Shown piece by piece: positions 15,926-27,573 of a DNA stretch of 59,112 nucleotides (position 1 is its first letter; each line of letters begins with the position of its first letter). The position numbers and the translations under genes were made by a program. The stretch covers positions 1 to 59,112 of IMG/VR virus record IMGVR_UViG_3300047564_002154; one strand, given 5' to 3'. The notes below the pieces were generated by a model. It ran no database searches, was not told the origin of the DNA, and saw only the letters and a program-made list of their open reading frames with translations. The stretch comes from a virus. Taxonomy: Duplodnaviria > Caudoviricetes.

Positions 15926-16681
15926 ATGGATTCAAGTTTAAGTACAGGTGGTGGTGATTTCCTAGGTGGTGGTTTTGGAGGAGGCGGTCTAATCGGCGGT
16001 CTTATCCTAGGCTCACTGCTACGCAACAACGGAAATCTGTTTGGTGGTGGTGCAGATGGTATTAATGGCGCAGTTCTTCGTAACCCACCAGAGCAGAATC
16101 AAGCCAACATGGATTTGATGGCAGCAATCGGTGCTGTTGACAAAGCCACTGCGGTTGCAACTGCTGCTATGGAAGCAAGCCAAGCAAACCAAACTATCGG
16201 TATCACTTCTCAATTCAACAACACCACAGCGTCTCTTGCTGCACGTGTTGATGGAGTAAAAGAGGCAGTGAATGCAGGTACAATGGTTCTTGCTCAACAG
16301 TTGAATGGTCTTCAACAACAAGTAATGGAAAATCGTTATGAGTTGTCCAAAGACGTTCAGAACGATGGTGACAAGACTCGTTCTTTAATCACTCAACAAT
16401 ATGAAATGAACTTGCAGCGTCAGCTAGCTGACGCAAATGCTGCAATTATTGAGTTACGTAATCGTGAGCATTCAGCCCTTGCTGCTCGAGGCGTTGAAGT
16501 CACCACGACAAATAACATCAATCAAATGCAACAGCAACAACAGAGCCAAGCACAATATGGTCAGTTGGCAAATCTTATCTGGGGTCTTGGACAACAGATT
16601 CGTTCAACTAACGAAGCCATTAATGTTGGTTCTGGTACACTAACGGCTAACCCAGCTAACACCAACACAAACATTAGATAA
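15926..16681 (+). CDS. Gly-rich N-terminus, coiled-coil, Q/N-rich protein
   Basis: 251-aa ORF, AAGGAG SD. Confidence 0.8.
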   Translation: MDSSLSTGGGDFLGGGFGGGGLIGGLILGSLLRNNGNLFGGGADGINGAVLRNPPEQNQANMDLMAAIGAVDKATAVATAAMEASQANQTIGITSQFNNTTASLAARVDGVKEAVNAGTMVLAQQLNGLQQQVMENRYELSKDVQNDGDKTRSLITQQYEMNLQRQLADANAAIIELRNREHSALAARGVEVTTTNNINQMQQQQQSQAQYGQLANLIWGLGQQIRSTNEAINVGSGTLTANPANTNTNIR

Positions 16682-16683
16682 TA

Positions 16684-17283
16684 ATGGGGGCTCATATGAT
16701 TATGCCATATTATGCCCCATGTTGGATACCACCACTACAGTCTATCAGCGATAATGATACTGCAGTATTAATTGCTGGTGGTGCTGGAATTCCTGGACCA
16801 GCTGGTCCAGCTGGACCGAAAGGAGATCAAGGTGAGAAGGGGCAGACGGGAGAGAAAGGCGCTACGGGAGAAGTTGGACCACAAGGGGAACCTGGATTGC
16901 ATGGTGAACCTGGAGTGCAAGGGGAACCTGGACCAAGAGGTGAACCTGGACCACAAGGGGAACCTGGACCAAGAGGTGAACCTGGACCAACGGACGGAGT
17001 TGTTAATACAGTTCTTACGGGATCCGCATATTATGCGACAACGAGTGATTGCTACATTGGAGTCGATAGTAAAGAACCAACAACAATACATCTCCCAGCA
17101 GATGCAGAAGATGGAAAAATCTATATTATTAAAGCAGAAATGAAACCACCACTTGGTAATCGTAAGATCACCATTGTTGGAGCAGGTGCAGAATTGATAG
17201 ATGGTTATCAAGACTACACTATTTCTGTATCAAATGAATCTGTCACTGTAATATTCCGTGGAGGAAATTGGCATATCATTTGA
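16684..17283 (+). CDS. collagen-like protein
   Basis: more than 20 consecutive G-X-Y triplets plus a beta-rich C-terminal domain. Confidence 0.88.
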   Translation: MGAHMIMPYYAPCWIPPLQSISDNDTAVLIAGGAGIPGPAGPAGPKGDQGEKGQTGEKGATGEVGPQGEPGLHGEPGVQGEPGPRGEPGPQGEPGPRGEPGPTDGVVNTVLTGSAYYATTSDCYIGVDSKEPTTIHLPADAEDGKIYIIKAEMKPPLGNRKITIVGAGAELIDGYQDYTISVSNESVTVIFRGGNWHII

Positions 17284-17305
17284 CATGATGTGTTTTATGT
17301 GTATT

Positions 17306-17350
17306 AATACAGGGCTGAAAAACAGCCCTGTATTATTTTATTTTTTTTAT
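17306..17350 (+). terminator. Rho-independent terminator
   Basis: AATACAGGGCTG/CAGCCCTGTATT plus T-run. Confidence 0.8.
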
Positions 17351-17367
17351 TTTTTGCGAGGTATATA

Positions 17368-17616
17368 ATGTACGGTATAAGAGAAATTATTGAAATACGT
17401 AAAATAGAACGCGAACGCCCAAAGGTTAAAGAAGTTTGGTGTAGCGCACAAGTGGAAGATTTTGAAAGAATGATTCAAATGGTGGAAGAACTTATTGCCA
17501 CTGCGGTCACATCAAATAATTCTTCTCACCAGTATTCAATTTTGCAGGAATCCAGGGAAAATTTTATTCATGAATTTTTGACAATGGCAGAGAAGTACCG
17601 AATTGTTGATCACTAA
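17368..17616 (+). CDS. hypothetical protein
   Basis: GAGGT SD. Confidence 0.65.
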   Translation: MYGIREIIEIRKIERERPKVKEVWCSAQVEDFERMIQMVEELIATAVTSNNSSHQYSILQESRENFIHEFLTMAEKYRIVDH

Positions 17617-17624
17617 ATAAACTT

Positions 17625-17780
17625 ATGTAGTGGTTTAGGTGTTTGGAGCGTGATTTCCCAGCAGCACCGAGGTTCCCTAAGCCGATGCAAGGAACCACCC
17701 ACCTGAAAGGGTCTAGCTAAGTCTAGGTAAGAGGGGTCGGACCGCAGTACTGTTCGAGCCATCTTCGGATGGCTTTTTTT
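17625..17780 (+). ncRNA. putative structured ncRNA ending in a terminator (17757-17780)
   Basis: GC-rich, non-coding, several helices; AGCCATC-TTCG-GATGGCT-T-run. Confidence 0.5.
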
Positions 17781-17841
17781 ATTTGCTTTGCAATTATTAC
17801 TGTAGTAAAATAGTTACAATATCTACGCTAATGGAGAAAAT

Positions 17842-20338
17842 ATGGAACAGCTAAATGAAGTCAAACAGCCCGGTGAAATCGAGCAGCCCGTTGAAGTCGA
17901 ACAGCAAGATGAAGTCAAACAGCCATCTGCATTCAAACTTGAATGGGAAGCGAAGAAGTTACTGAAAAGATCCAAGAAAAAAGCAAAGAAACAGCTAGTG
18001 CACAGAGGTCATACTCCATCTGAAGCCACTGGTATGATCAAACAAGCATTCAAAAGCATCGCCAACAATAAACCAGAAAAACGCGCAGCTGGACGAGGTA
18101 AGTGATTTATGGATATAAAAAATTATCAACAGCTACCCAAGAAACCTATGACGTTTGAAGAATGGAAAGGTAATCTTGCGCCACGGTGGTCTGATGAACA
18201 GGCAAAGTCTTTGTCTAGGTTACACGATATCGATTCCAAAAAACAATTCGAAGAAATGATGAAAAGTGAGTATCAAGAATATTTGGACAATTTGAATGGT
18301 GATTGGCTTTTACGATAGACAGTAAACATCTCGATCATTTATCCTTTTATTTGGAGTGCGCATGATAGTAGAAGAAACACTCAAGCAGAAAATTGTTAAT
18401 TTGGAAGAAAGGCTGCAAACTCTAAACGAAGACGTTATCGAGGCATATATGCAAGGTAGCGATATTCTTTGGGATCGTCTTAAAAAGATGAAAGCGAGAG
18501 TTAAAACAGATCTCGCTTTCTGCAGAAAAATCCTTTAACGACTGCACGAGACGACCGATGCGCAAATCAGATAAATTCTTCCTAATAGGAATCATGATAT
18601 TCACTATCGTGCTTTTCGCTATTGTCCTGGTAGCTTCTCTGCTATCAATAGACGATAAGAACAAAACGTGCGAACAGAAGGGTGGTGTTTTAGTGAAAGC
18701 ACCTTCCGGAGTTTTGTGTGTAGACAAACGTGTCACCGCACAACATGGGAAGTGATGATTCTTTAATCAAGAGTACAATCTGAGATGTATAATGTTTAAA
18801 CTGGTCTTATTGTTTCCGCTGTTTGTTTTTCTTATCACAGGCATTCTCGACGCTGCTCGAGAATTTTGGTCTACATTTCAAGATGAAAAGCGTCAACCAT
18901 TCTGTAAAGTGGCAGTAAAAACATTAATCATTTCTACCTGTTTGACATCAATCATTTTCGCCATTGCATTTTTATCGTGAGTCAAAATGAAACTATATCA
19001 AATACACTATCCCGATGAACATAATAATCCAATAACTGAGATTCTCACTGAAGAAGAAATACTAGCGGAATATTGGGAATATTGGAAAGGGAAAATGGAA
19101 TCGGTCGGTAAGTTTGATTTAATCACTAAAGAAAATTGTTTAGACGACTGGATGATTTTACACTGGGCATCTGTTATAAAAATTCCCGAATGAGGCAATC
19201 TATGAGAACTAGAGAACAAATCATCACATCCATGTGCTATACGTATAGACACGACTATGGGATCGACAAAGGAATTAGAGAATTCGCAGGAAACATCACT
19301 CTTTCTCATCACCTATCTTCAGGCATGTATCAAGAAGAACGAGAGTCTCTCTGGAATACTATGGCTCAAATATTCGATAATGATATTGCTCCGTATATGG
19401 AAATGAAGGATAACATATGAAGGCATTCTTTAAACTACCACTAACGGTACAGATAGCAACTCTACTAATTGCCATACCGTTAATAACCCTAGTTGTTATA
19501 GGGTTATTCACAGAACCACGCGTTGCGATACCGGCTGTGATGGTAACGTGTGGATTAATACGTATTATAATTTACGATGTTTATAAAAAATGACCGATAA
19601 CGCTAAACTTGATAATCAAGTATTGGATCAATATAAACCAATGATGATATGGAAAAGATCATGAAACGACTAATAAACGATACAATCACTGGAAAACCAT
19701 ATATTGGTGTAGAGATAGACGATAAGATGCTAAATTTTGTTCTATTGAAACATCCAACTCATGAGAAACACTGGATTGCACATATCGATAAGAGAGCAAT
19801 ACCCCAGTTGATCGAGATCTTGCAAGAAAGTATGAAGGAGGAAAAATGACCGATAACGCTAAACTTATCATCATCTCTGATCTACTGGACACAAAGATAC
19901 GGAAGGAAAAAGAACTGGCATTCTATAATGATCAGCTGAAGGAACTGCAATCCAAGATGTTCTGGGTAAAGAAGGAAATCGATCTGACCACGAATATTAT
20001 CGACATGATCGAAAAGGAAAAGATGATGGATCTGCAGAAATGGATGACGGAAAGAGATGCCAAATTATAAACACCACTGCAAAGAGTGGGGTTTCCTAGA
20101 GATAGACGAAGATTCACCAGAGTATGAATCCTGCAGGTGTGCTATAGACTCTGATGGTAATAGTCCAAAATTCTTACCAAACGATCGAGTCTATGTCCAT
20201 CCAATACGTATGGAAGCCACTGTAATAAAACAATTCCTACACTATGATGGACCTGAATCCTTCTGGGGAAACGTCCATGTACAATACGATGATGGAATCA
20301 AAGGTACATGCAATTCCTGGCAAATGGAGAAAATATGA
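17842..20338 (+). other. run of small hypothetical genes (17842-18105, 18109-18318, 18356-18538, 18558-18755, 18792-18980, 18987-19193, 19202-19420, 19417-19593, 19661-19849, 19846-20070, 20057-20338)
   Basis: tightly packed co-directional ORFs with SD or overlapping stop/start; three are hydrophobic. Confidence 0.65.
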
Positions 20339-20709
20339 AAATAACTGAAGACCAATTTAGATATGAGTGGTTTAGTGGAACAGGCAGTGGTGGTCAGCAT
20401 CGTAATAAACATCAGAACTGCTGTCGATGCATTCATGAACCAACTGGAATCCAAGCGAATGGAACTAACTCTCGCTCTCGCGAGGACAATAAACGCGCAG
20501 CATACATTACCTGTTTGTCCAGAGTTCAATCACGCTTCCATAAGGATACAGAGAGATTCCAAGCAGGTACAGAACGAATTCGAACTTATCACGAGCCAGA
20601 TAATCGAGTGACCGATCACGCTTCCGGATTCCAGGACACATATGTCAATATCGTCATCAAAGGAAACATGGAAGACGTGATTGAAGCCAGAGCGAAAGCA
20701 ATGAGATAA
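20335..20709 (+). CDS. minimal class I release-factor-like peptidyl-tRNA hydrolase (GGQ)
   Basis: GSGGQHRNK, IHEPTGI, SRSREDNK, RIRTY..NRVTDH. Confidence 0.9.
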   Translation: MKITEDQFRYEWFSGTGSGGQHRNKHQNCCRCIHEPTGIQANGTNSRSREDNKRAAYITCLSRVQSRFHKDTERFQAGTERIRTYHEPDNRVTDHASGFQDTYVNIVIKGNMEDVIEARAKAMR

Positions 20710-20732
20710 TACGTATTAATATGGGGTAATCT

Positions 20733-21949
20733 ATGAATAAAGTGACACTACAAAGAGATGACGTAGAAGCAATCCTGGAATTTATCAAAAAGTACCCAGA
20801 TTCAGATTTTGTTACCATTACAGTAGACTCTGAATCAGTCGTCACAGCATCACTCCCAACAGTGATTAATGGTGACATGGTTACGACTAGTATCAGTCTC
20901 GCTGGGTATTGCACACCCGAGGGGCGACTACTAATCTCCAAAACCAGCGTGGAAGAATCAAATGACACCACATGCGGTATGCGTAATGCACTAAAGCAAT
21001 GGCAACCTGGGGTGATGACGTATATATGAAACTCTTCATAATAGCTGGAACTGCCGAGGAAGCTATGCAGTGGATGAAAAATGACTATCAAAAGAGAATA
21101 AACGCAGGAGACACGCTCACAACCCTATCAAACACTAGCTATGTTCATGTTACCAGTGTAGATATGCTACGAGGAGTTAAAAACCCACACGGTGTATTCA
21201 TAGGTTCATGGAGAGAACGACCAGACATCTACGGTATTGTATGGACCCTGCAAGTACAGTCTGATTTCAACAACCAAGCAATAGCACAAATATACAATTC
21301 TTTAAAGTAAAGGATATACATTATGACTCAACAATCGGAATACGATCGCATGTTCAACATTGATAAACTAAGAGAAATGGTAAAAACCCAAGAACAGGTT
21401 TGCGATTGGAATGGCACTCCCTATATGCTAGGTCTGTATTATGGTCTAGAATTAGCTCTGTCCATTATGGAGAAACGAGAACCAGTCTTTAAAGAACTTA
21501 CTAACTTTAAGAGAACACCATGAAAGAAATTACATTAACACATAGAGAACTAAAAGAACTACTAGAGATAGTAGAAACCATTAATCCTCCCGATAGAACG
21601 ACAATACTTGCTGGTACAGTAAAACTCTCTTTGGATAACTCTAGTGGCATTGGTCATATCCTTACTGCAACTGTTCCTGTAATGCAGGGAGATCGCTTGG
21701 GTGAATGGACTACTACGATTACTGATGCTAGGTTCTGGTGAAATGATTAGTCTAACAAGTGAACAAATATCCGATGTAGTACTACAGGAGATCGAATTCC
21801 AACTAACAATAATGAAGCAATATCTCTCTGTAGAACAAACGAAAGCATATCTGCTACTGTTAGAGCGGTATGGAACAATAGTACAGAGAGATGCAATCCT
21901 AGAGAAGTATAGGAAAGCATGGGGTGATACGTTAGATGTGCGTATTTAG
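20733..21949 (+). other. run of small hypothetical genes (20733-21029, 21026-21310, 21323-21523, 21520-21741, 21743-21949)
   Basis: tightly packed co-directional ORFs. Confidence 0.65.
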
Positions 21950-22016
21950 GTGTCGCTCTAGGATGGTGTTCGCAGTAGAGGTAAAATCGAGTTTAGAGCT
22001 TATATTGTAAAAAGAG

Positions 22017-22307
22017 ATGCCATACAAAGAAAAAACTTGCCCTAAGTGCGCTGTTAAACATAAAAAGCGTGGACCATTCTGTTCTCGGTCATGCGGTAAT
22101 AAACGCGCTTTGTCCGAACAGCACAAAGAATCCATTGCTGCTGCTAAGAGAGAATGGCATGCCACTAGTGATATTGCTGCTGTAGCTGCGCATAACTACG
22201 TGTCTAAGCGTATTAATGGTGAACCAGACCCTGTGCCACCTATTAGTCCGACTCCAGTGCGTAATAATCAGTTCGTACAGGATGGTGACCTGTGGGAAGA
22301 GTGTTAG
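22017..22307 (+). CDS. Zn-finger-containing hypothetical protein
   Basis: CPKC...FCSRSCGN. Confidence 0.7.
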   Translation: MPYKEKTCPKCAVKHKKRGPFCSRSCGNKRALSEQHKESIAAAKREWHATSDIAAVAAHNYVSKRINGEPDPVPPISPTPVRNNQFVQDGDLWEEC

Positions 22308-22495
22308 TGCGTCATTAGTCCAAGCCTCTATGTCCGATTTTAGTGCATTCTTAGTGCGCTTCCTGTGCGAACCGCTATGTGCGCTATGTGCGAATTTGTG
22401 TGTGCGTTGCCTGTGCGATCCATGTGCGTTACGAGTGCGCGCCTAATGCGTTACGAGTCCGTTATATGTGCGTAGTGTGTGCAATGTGCGCTCTC
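22305..22495. repeat. strand-biased GTGCG short-repeat tract
   Basis: about 11 GTGCG in 190 nt of non-coding DNA. Confidence 0.7.
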
Positions 22496-22807
22496 GAGAG
22501 AGTTACAAAGTAAATTTGATTTATATTTGACTCGGGAGTAGAATAACGGTGTCCCTGGATGATCGAGATCAGCTGTTAAACACCATCATATCTAATTAAT
22601 AACAGTAATTTCTGTTCTACCCAGTGATTATTTCAGTCAATCACGCTCAAAATCCTCATTAAGAATTGCAATCGACGACGATAGATTGCATTTATCAATC
22701 GAAATTCCAGTTTTCATTGGAAAAATCAATCCTTTTTCGTCTCTCTCCACGAAAAACCAGACAGGTGCTCTCGCCGTCCATCCCGAGTATCGCTCTTCGA
22801 ATCGATA

Positions 22808-22843
22808 AGACTATTATCTCACACCTTGCAATTAAAGCCAAGG
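22808..22843 (-). promoter_or_regulatory. inverted copy of the early promoter repeat
   Basis: minus strand TTGGCT-TTAATTGCAAGGTGTGA-GATAAT-AGTCT. Confidence 0.8.
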
Positions 22844-22965
22844 CATTTTTGATTGTATTTTTCAATTAATTTGTGGTTTTCGATTGAAAAGTTTTTTGCA
22901 AAGTTGTTGCCTTAAATTGCAAAAAGTGAGATAATAGTTTCACGATGAATGAGAAAGGAAACGAA

Positions 22966-24608
22966 ATGAAAAGCCAGCAAATTAAAAACAAAGTTTATTT
23001 GGCTCAAGAATACCTGGAAAAAGCCAATCAATTAATCATTAGCGCGTTCGCCGAAAATAAAGAATCACTGGCTATTGAATATTCAATCTACGAAATAATT
23101 GATCGGCTGGATACTCATGTGGCTGAAGTTTGTGCTACCCTTTACGCCGAAGATTTTCCGTCGGAATAAACTTGTTGCCTTTAATTGCAAACTCAGGCAT
23201 AATAGTGGTTATGATGAATGATAAACGAAAGGGAACGAAATGATTACTCGTGAATTTCTGAAATCCGTGAATTTTCGTGTTATGAATGAGTTTGACCGGC
23301 AGGGATTCTCTGGCGCTATGAGCCCAGTTGCTTTGATCGGTGAAATCGACGACTATCTCGTGATCGTTGATGGTCCGTATTGCGAAGTTTATGGTCCAGC
23401 CACCGACGACGATGATGTGTCAGAGCCGATTGATACCTGCGACGATATCCGTGACCTGCCGTTTTGAACGTAGAAAGTTGTTGCCTTAAATTGCAAAAAG
23501 CGGGATAATAGCTGTACTTGATAGGAGAACACGATGAACGACGTTGAACTGTTTTCACTCAAAAATCCGCTTTTTCGGGAAGTTTTTATCGATATCCTAA
23601 AAAACCTCAGCCTGGACGGAGAAACTGCTGAAATATCTATTGCTGCGTTAAAACTTCAAGTGGCGATTCAACATTTTGAAAGATCAAAAACTTGTTGTCT
23701 TTAATTGCAAAGTACGCGATAATTAGTCTACACTGAATCGAAAAAGGAAACAAAATGAACTACCCAAATATGTCCTACTGCATGTGTGAAAACACTGTTT
23801 TGGCTCTGCGTCAAGTGATGAGCGCGATGGAAGAATCTGGTTCATTTACTGAGTTTGTTGCCGAGATGAGTCGGTCGGAAAAGCTAGCATTCCAGGAATT
23901 GTTTAACCTTTGCGAGTCTTTTATTAATCTGACTGAGGACATGGACGAATGATTCGCAGAGTGAAGAAATATGAAGGTACTGTCTACTACTCCAGTACTG
24001 GATCGAGTCACACTAAACTATATGAATTCACCCAAGAACAGGCTGATACAGTGGGTGGAGTGTTGCACGAAGATGGGTTGAGCATCGTGTTGGCTGAAAA
24101 ACTATGTGAAAAGTGGAATCGTAGAGGACAGCACGTGGGTATCCGATACACTTACAGAATTCCTTTTGACGTGTAGGAATAACCACAAACTTGTTGCCTT
24201 TAATTGCAAAGTACGCGATAATAGTCTCACGATGAATGAGAAAGGAAACAAAATGGACGATCGAATCCGAGAGCTTGCTTTGCAATATGGTGGGAAAACC
24301 GGCAATTCTGTTTTAATGAATGCTGAATTGTTTGAAGAATTTGCCGAGTTGATTGTTCAGCGCTGCGGATACTATGCTGATGTGTTTGAATCGTTGGGGT
24401 GCCCCATGGATATGGACCCGACTGAAACTAAACCAAGCGATTACATCAAGAAAATGCTAGAGAGATGACCAAATATTACATCCACGTCCCAGGTTGGACA
24501 CACTCCATGACTGCCTACGGTATGGACAAACGCGATGCGCTGAATCGTTTCAAACACCAGCACGGCATATCCCGCATGCCTCGTGGATACGGGATCTGGG
24601 TAGGCTAA
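22966..24608 (+). other. small cassette genes (22966-23169, 23240-23467, 23534-23704, 23755-23952, 23949-24176, 24253-24468, 24465-24608)
   Basis: each starts at a cassette RBS or is coupled to the previous stop. Confidence 0.7.
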
Positions 24609-24683
24609 ACAACACGAGAACCTTGTTGCCTTTAATTGCAAACTGCGCGATAATAGTCTCATACGATAAGGAAAGGTGCTGAT

Positions 24684-25406
24684 ATGAAACTCTTGAGCGC
24701 TGGCAATCCGAAGGTGATGAAAGGTGAGAAGAAAGGTTACCTGTCTTTCGTTCTCCACTTGGCACCTGCTGACCTGTCTGGTAAGAATACCTGCCCGAAA
24801 GCCACCGAAGGGTGCAAGAAAGCATGCCTGAACACTGCCGGACGTGGTGGCATGTTCAAGAAAGGTGAGACGACAAACACGATCCAGCAAGCACGTATCC
24901 GCAAGACTAAATACTTTTTCGAGAATCGCGAGCAATTCCTTGCAGACCTTGAAAACGACATCCGTCTCGGCAGCAAGCAAGCGCAGAAGAAGGGAATGAT
25001 CCCTGCGTTCCGTCTGAATGGCACTTCGGACATCTCTTGGGAGAAGTATGGGATCATTGAGAAGTTTCCTGACGTGCAATTCTACGACTATACCAAAATT
25101 CTAGGTCGTAAAGTGGCGCATCTCCCTAACTACCACCTGACCTTCTCCGCTGCTGATGGTAATGATGCTGACGTTGCAGCTGCACTCCAAGCCGGAATGA
25201 ATGTGGCGACTGTGTTTGGTCTGAAAAAGAGTGAGCCAATGCCTGAAACATACAATGGACGCGCTGTTTTTAATGGAGATGAGAGCGACCTGCGATTCTT
25301 AGACCCCAAAGGCGTGGTAGTTGGACTCTACGCCAAAGGAAAAGCCAAGAAAGACACATCAGGATTCGTCAAGTATCCTACTATTTCAATCAAATTGGCA
25401 GCGTGA
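24684..25406 (+). CDS. GP88-like phage protein
   Basis: NTCP.A..GC..ACL, RLNGTSDI, QFYDYTK, NYHLTFS, GD.SDLRFLD. Confidence 0.7.
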   Translation: MKLLSAGNPKVMKGEKKGYLSFVLHLAPADLSGKNTCPKATEGCKKACLNTAGRGGMFKKGETTNTIQQARIRKTKYFFENREQFLADLENDIRLGSKQAQKKGMIPAFRLNGTSDISWEKYGIIEKFPDVQFYDYTKILGRKVAHLPNYHLTFSAADGNDADVAAALQAGMNVATVFGLKKSEPMPETYNGRAVFNGDESDLRFLDPKGVVVGLYAKGKAKKDTSGFVKYPTISIKLAA

Positions 25407-25486
25407 TTGCCAGAAATTGAAATATTTGTTGCCTTTAATTGCAAATTCCGGGATAATAGTCTCATGATGAATCGGAGGGCAACAAA

Positions 25487-25606
25487 ATGGAATTTAAGAC
25501 TCTCTCGACTACTGTGCTCTGCCCACTATGTGGTGAGAAACACAGTCTGGCTAAGTGCCCAAGATGGAACTGGGAAACAAAATACACTGCTTGGAGGCTA
25601 AAATGA
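25487..25606 (+). CDS. 39-aa zinc-knuckle peptide
   Basis: GGAGG SD; CPLCGEKHSLAKC. Confidence 0.55.
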   Translation: MEFKTLSTTVLCPLCGEKHSLAKCPRWNWETKYTAWRLK

Positions 25607-25974
25607 GAGTCAAGACTTCCAATTTGTCTGGTCGTGCGTTGGATTGGGCAGTAGCATACGCTTATTATGGTGATGGAGTCGTGAAACTGGACCACGGTTT
25701 CTTGATTATGCAGCCATCGCGGTATATCGGGCGCAATCCGATACATTCTAGAATGTATTCTCCATCTGCGCGGTGGACCCAGGGTGGACCGATCATCGAA
25801 TCAGAAAGAATTGACGTATTTTCCACTGCAGATGGCACTAGGTGGTGCGCTCAATCAGACAGACGTGTTTTTACTGCGTATGGAAACTCTCCACTTGTTG
25901 CCGCCATGCGCTGTTACGTCGCCTCTCGCCTGGGCGATGAAATGGAAGTGCCAGACGAACTGTTAGCCGCTTAA
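25603..25974 (+). CDS. NinX/DUF2591-family protein (second paralogue)
   Basis: LSGRALDWAVA..W.QGGPIIE..PLVAAMRCYVAS. Confidence 0.8.
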   Translation: MRVKTSNLSGRALDWAVAYAYYGDGVVKLDHGFLIMQPSRYIGRNPIHSRMYSPSARWTQGGPIIESERIDVFSTADGTRWCAQSDRRVFTAYGNSPLVAAMRCYVASRLGDEMEVPDELLAA

Positions 25975-25991
25975 AATCATAAGGAACTATC

Positions 25992-26315
25992 ATGGCAAAT
26001 TCTCCTCGCCTCCCTGATTTTGATACTCTAGCCAGACTGTATCGTGAAGACCCTGAAGCATTCGAAACCTTCCGTACCACTTTCCTCCAAGAAGTAGTGG
26101 AATCCTCTCCAGAGGAATATCGCCCTGGATTGCGCCTATTGCTGCAGCGTATTGAGGAACAGCGTAGCACGGCAGAAACACCAATGGAGGCATTGATCTT
26201 CGCCATGAGAATGATGCGCGAATCCCTCCGGCAGCTGCGAGAAGGATGGCAAGATGCCCACTACGCTGTCGCCGGTCTACAGACAACTATCCTCATCGAG
26301 AAACTGAAACACTGA
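25992..26315 (+). CDS. DUF3135-like protein
   Basis: LPDFDTLARLYREDPEAFE. Confidence 0.65.
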   Translation: MANSPRLPDFDTLARLYREDPEAFETFRTTFLQEVVESSPEEYRPGLRLLLQRIEEQRSTAETPMEALIFAMRMMRESLRQLREGWQDAHYAVAGLQTTILIEKLKH

Positions 26316-26401
26316 CATAGAATCTCCTCGCAGAAACTTGTTGTCTTTAATTGCAAACTCAGGCATAATAGCTGTATTGAGTTGATGCCGAGGAGATTCT
26401 G

Positions 26402-26551
26402 ATGCCGTATACACTTATCACTTCCGCAGGAAAGGTGATGACTTTCTACATTCTGGGTCTTGCCGAGACGTATCGGACGATCCATGGTGGTGTCATAGTG
26501 GATAAGACCATCCTCCAAAAAGATTCTCTTCAAGAATCTGCTTGCCTTTAA
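26402..26551 (+). CDS. small cassette gene
   Basis: GAGGAG SD; stop falls within the next repeat. Confidence 0.6.
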   Translation: MPYTLITSAGKVMTFYILGLAETYRTIHGGVIVDKTILQKDSLQESACL

Positions 26552-26591
26552 TTGCAAATTACGCGATAATATACGTATTGGTGATGAGGAG

Positions 26592-27497
26592 ATGATGATG
26601 ACACAAGTGACTTCTATTTCGTTCGACGCAAAAACCGGCAACTATTTCGCTAAAGTCGGTACCAAAACGATTAAGTCTTATGATAAGAAATATGTCGAGC
26701 GTAAGCTAAAATCAATGGTAGGTGATATCGAGACTGCCGTCGCTGCTGCCACCGAAAAGAGTAACCGTTACGGCATCAATGACCGTTTCGGCTTTGTTGA
26801 GAAACTGGTAACCATGGTTGCTAGTGGCGTGCAACCATCTGCCGTGATCACTGGCGAGGGTGGACTTGGCAAGACTTATACTGTTACCAAGACCCTGGAA
26901 GCTAACGGCTACAAAGACATTAGCGACTTGGCTGACTTCCAAGTTGGTGCTGTCATCAATACTCGCAAGTGTTTCACGATGGTGAAAGGTTTCTCTACTG
27001 CCAAAGGTTTGTATCGCACTCTCTTCGAAAACAACAAGTCGATCATTGTGTTCGATGACTGCGATGCCGTGCTCAAGGATCCCGTTGCTCTCAACCTGCT
27101 GAAAGGCGCTCTCGATTCCTACGGCAAACGTATCATCAGCTGGAATGCTGACATGCGTGATGAAGACCTGCCGCGTTCCTTTAACTTCGAAGGTCGTGTC
27201 ATCTTCATCTCCAACATGGATCAAGATAAAATCGACCAAGCCATCCGTTCACGTTCAATGATGATCGATCTCAGCATGTCGTTCACTCAAAAGATCGACC
27301 GTATGGAATTTATCGCCACTTCGGATGAATTCCTCCCTGAGTATGACCTGCAGGCTAAAAAAGACGCTCTGAACCTGATTCGTGAGGTTGGTTCTGACGC
27401 GAAGGAAATCTCTCTCCGCACCTTGATCTCTATCACCAAGATCCGCGCTGCGAACAAAGATTGGCGCGATCTGGCTGAATACATGCTGACGAATTAA
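26592..27497 (+). CDS. AAA+-type P-loop ATPase
   Basis: Walker A GEGGLGKT, Walker B IIVFDDCD, IFISN, AIRSR. Confidence 0.88.
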   Translation: MMMTQVTSISFDAKTGNYFAKVGTKTIKSYDKKYVERKLKSMVGDIETAVAAATEKSNRYGINDRFGFVEKLVTMVASGVQPSAVITGEGGLGKTYTVTKTLEANGYKDISDLADFQVGAVINTRKCFTMVKGFSTAKGLYRTLFENNKSIIVFDDCDAVLKDPVALNLLKGALDSYGKRIISWNADMRDEDLPRSFNFEGRVIFISNMDQDKIDQAIRSRSMMIDLSMSFTQKIDRMEFIATSDEFLPEYDLQAKKDALNLIREVGSDAKEISLRTLISITKIRAANKDWRDLAEYMLTN

Positions 27498-27573
27498 TTT
27501 CGGCTCATCCAAATACTTGTTGCCTTTAATTGCAAACCCAGGCATAATAGTCTCATACGATAGGGAGATGATT

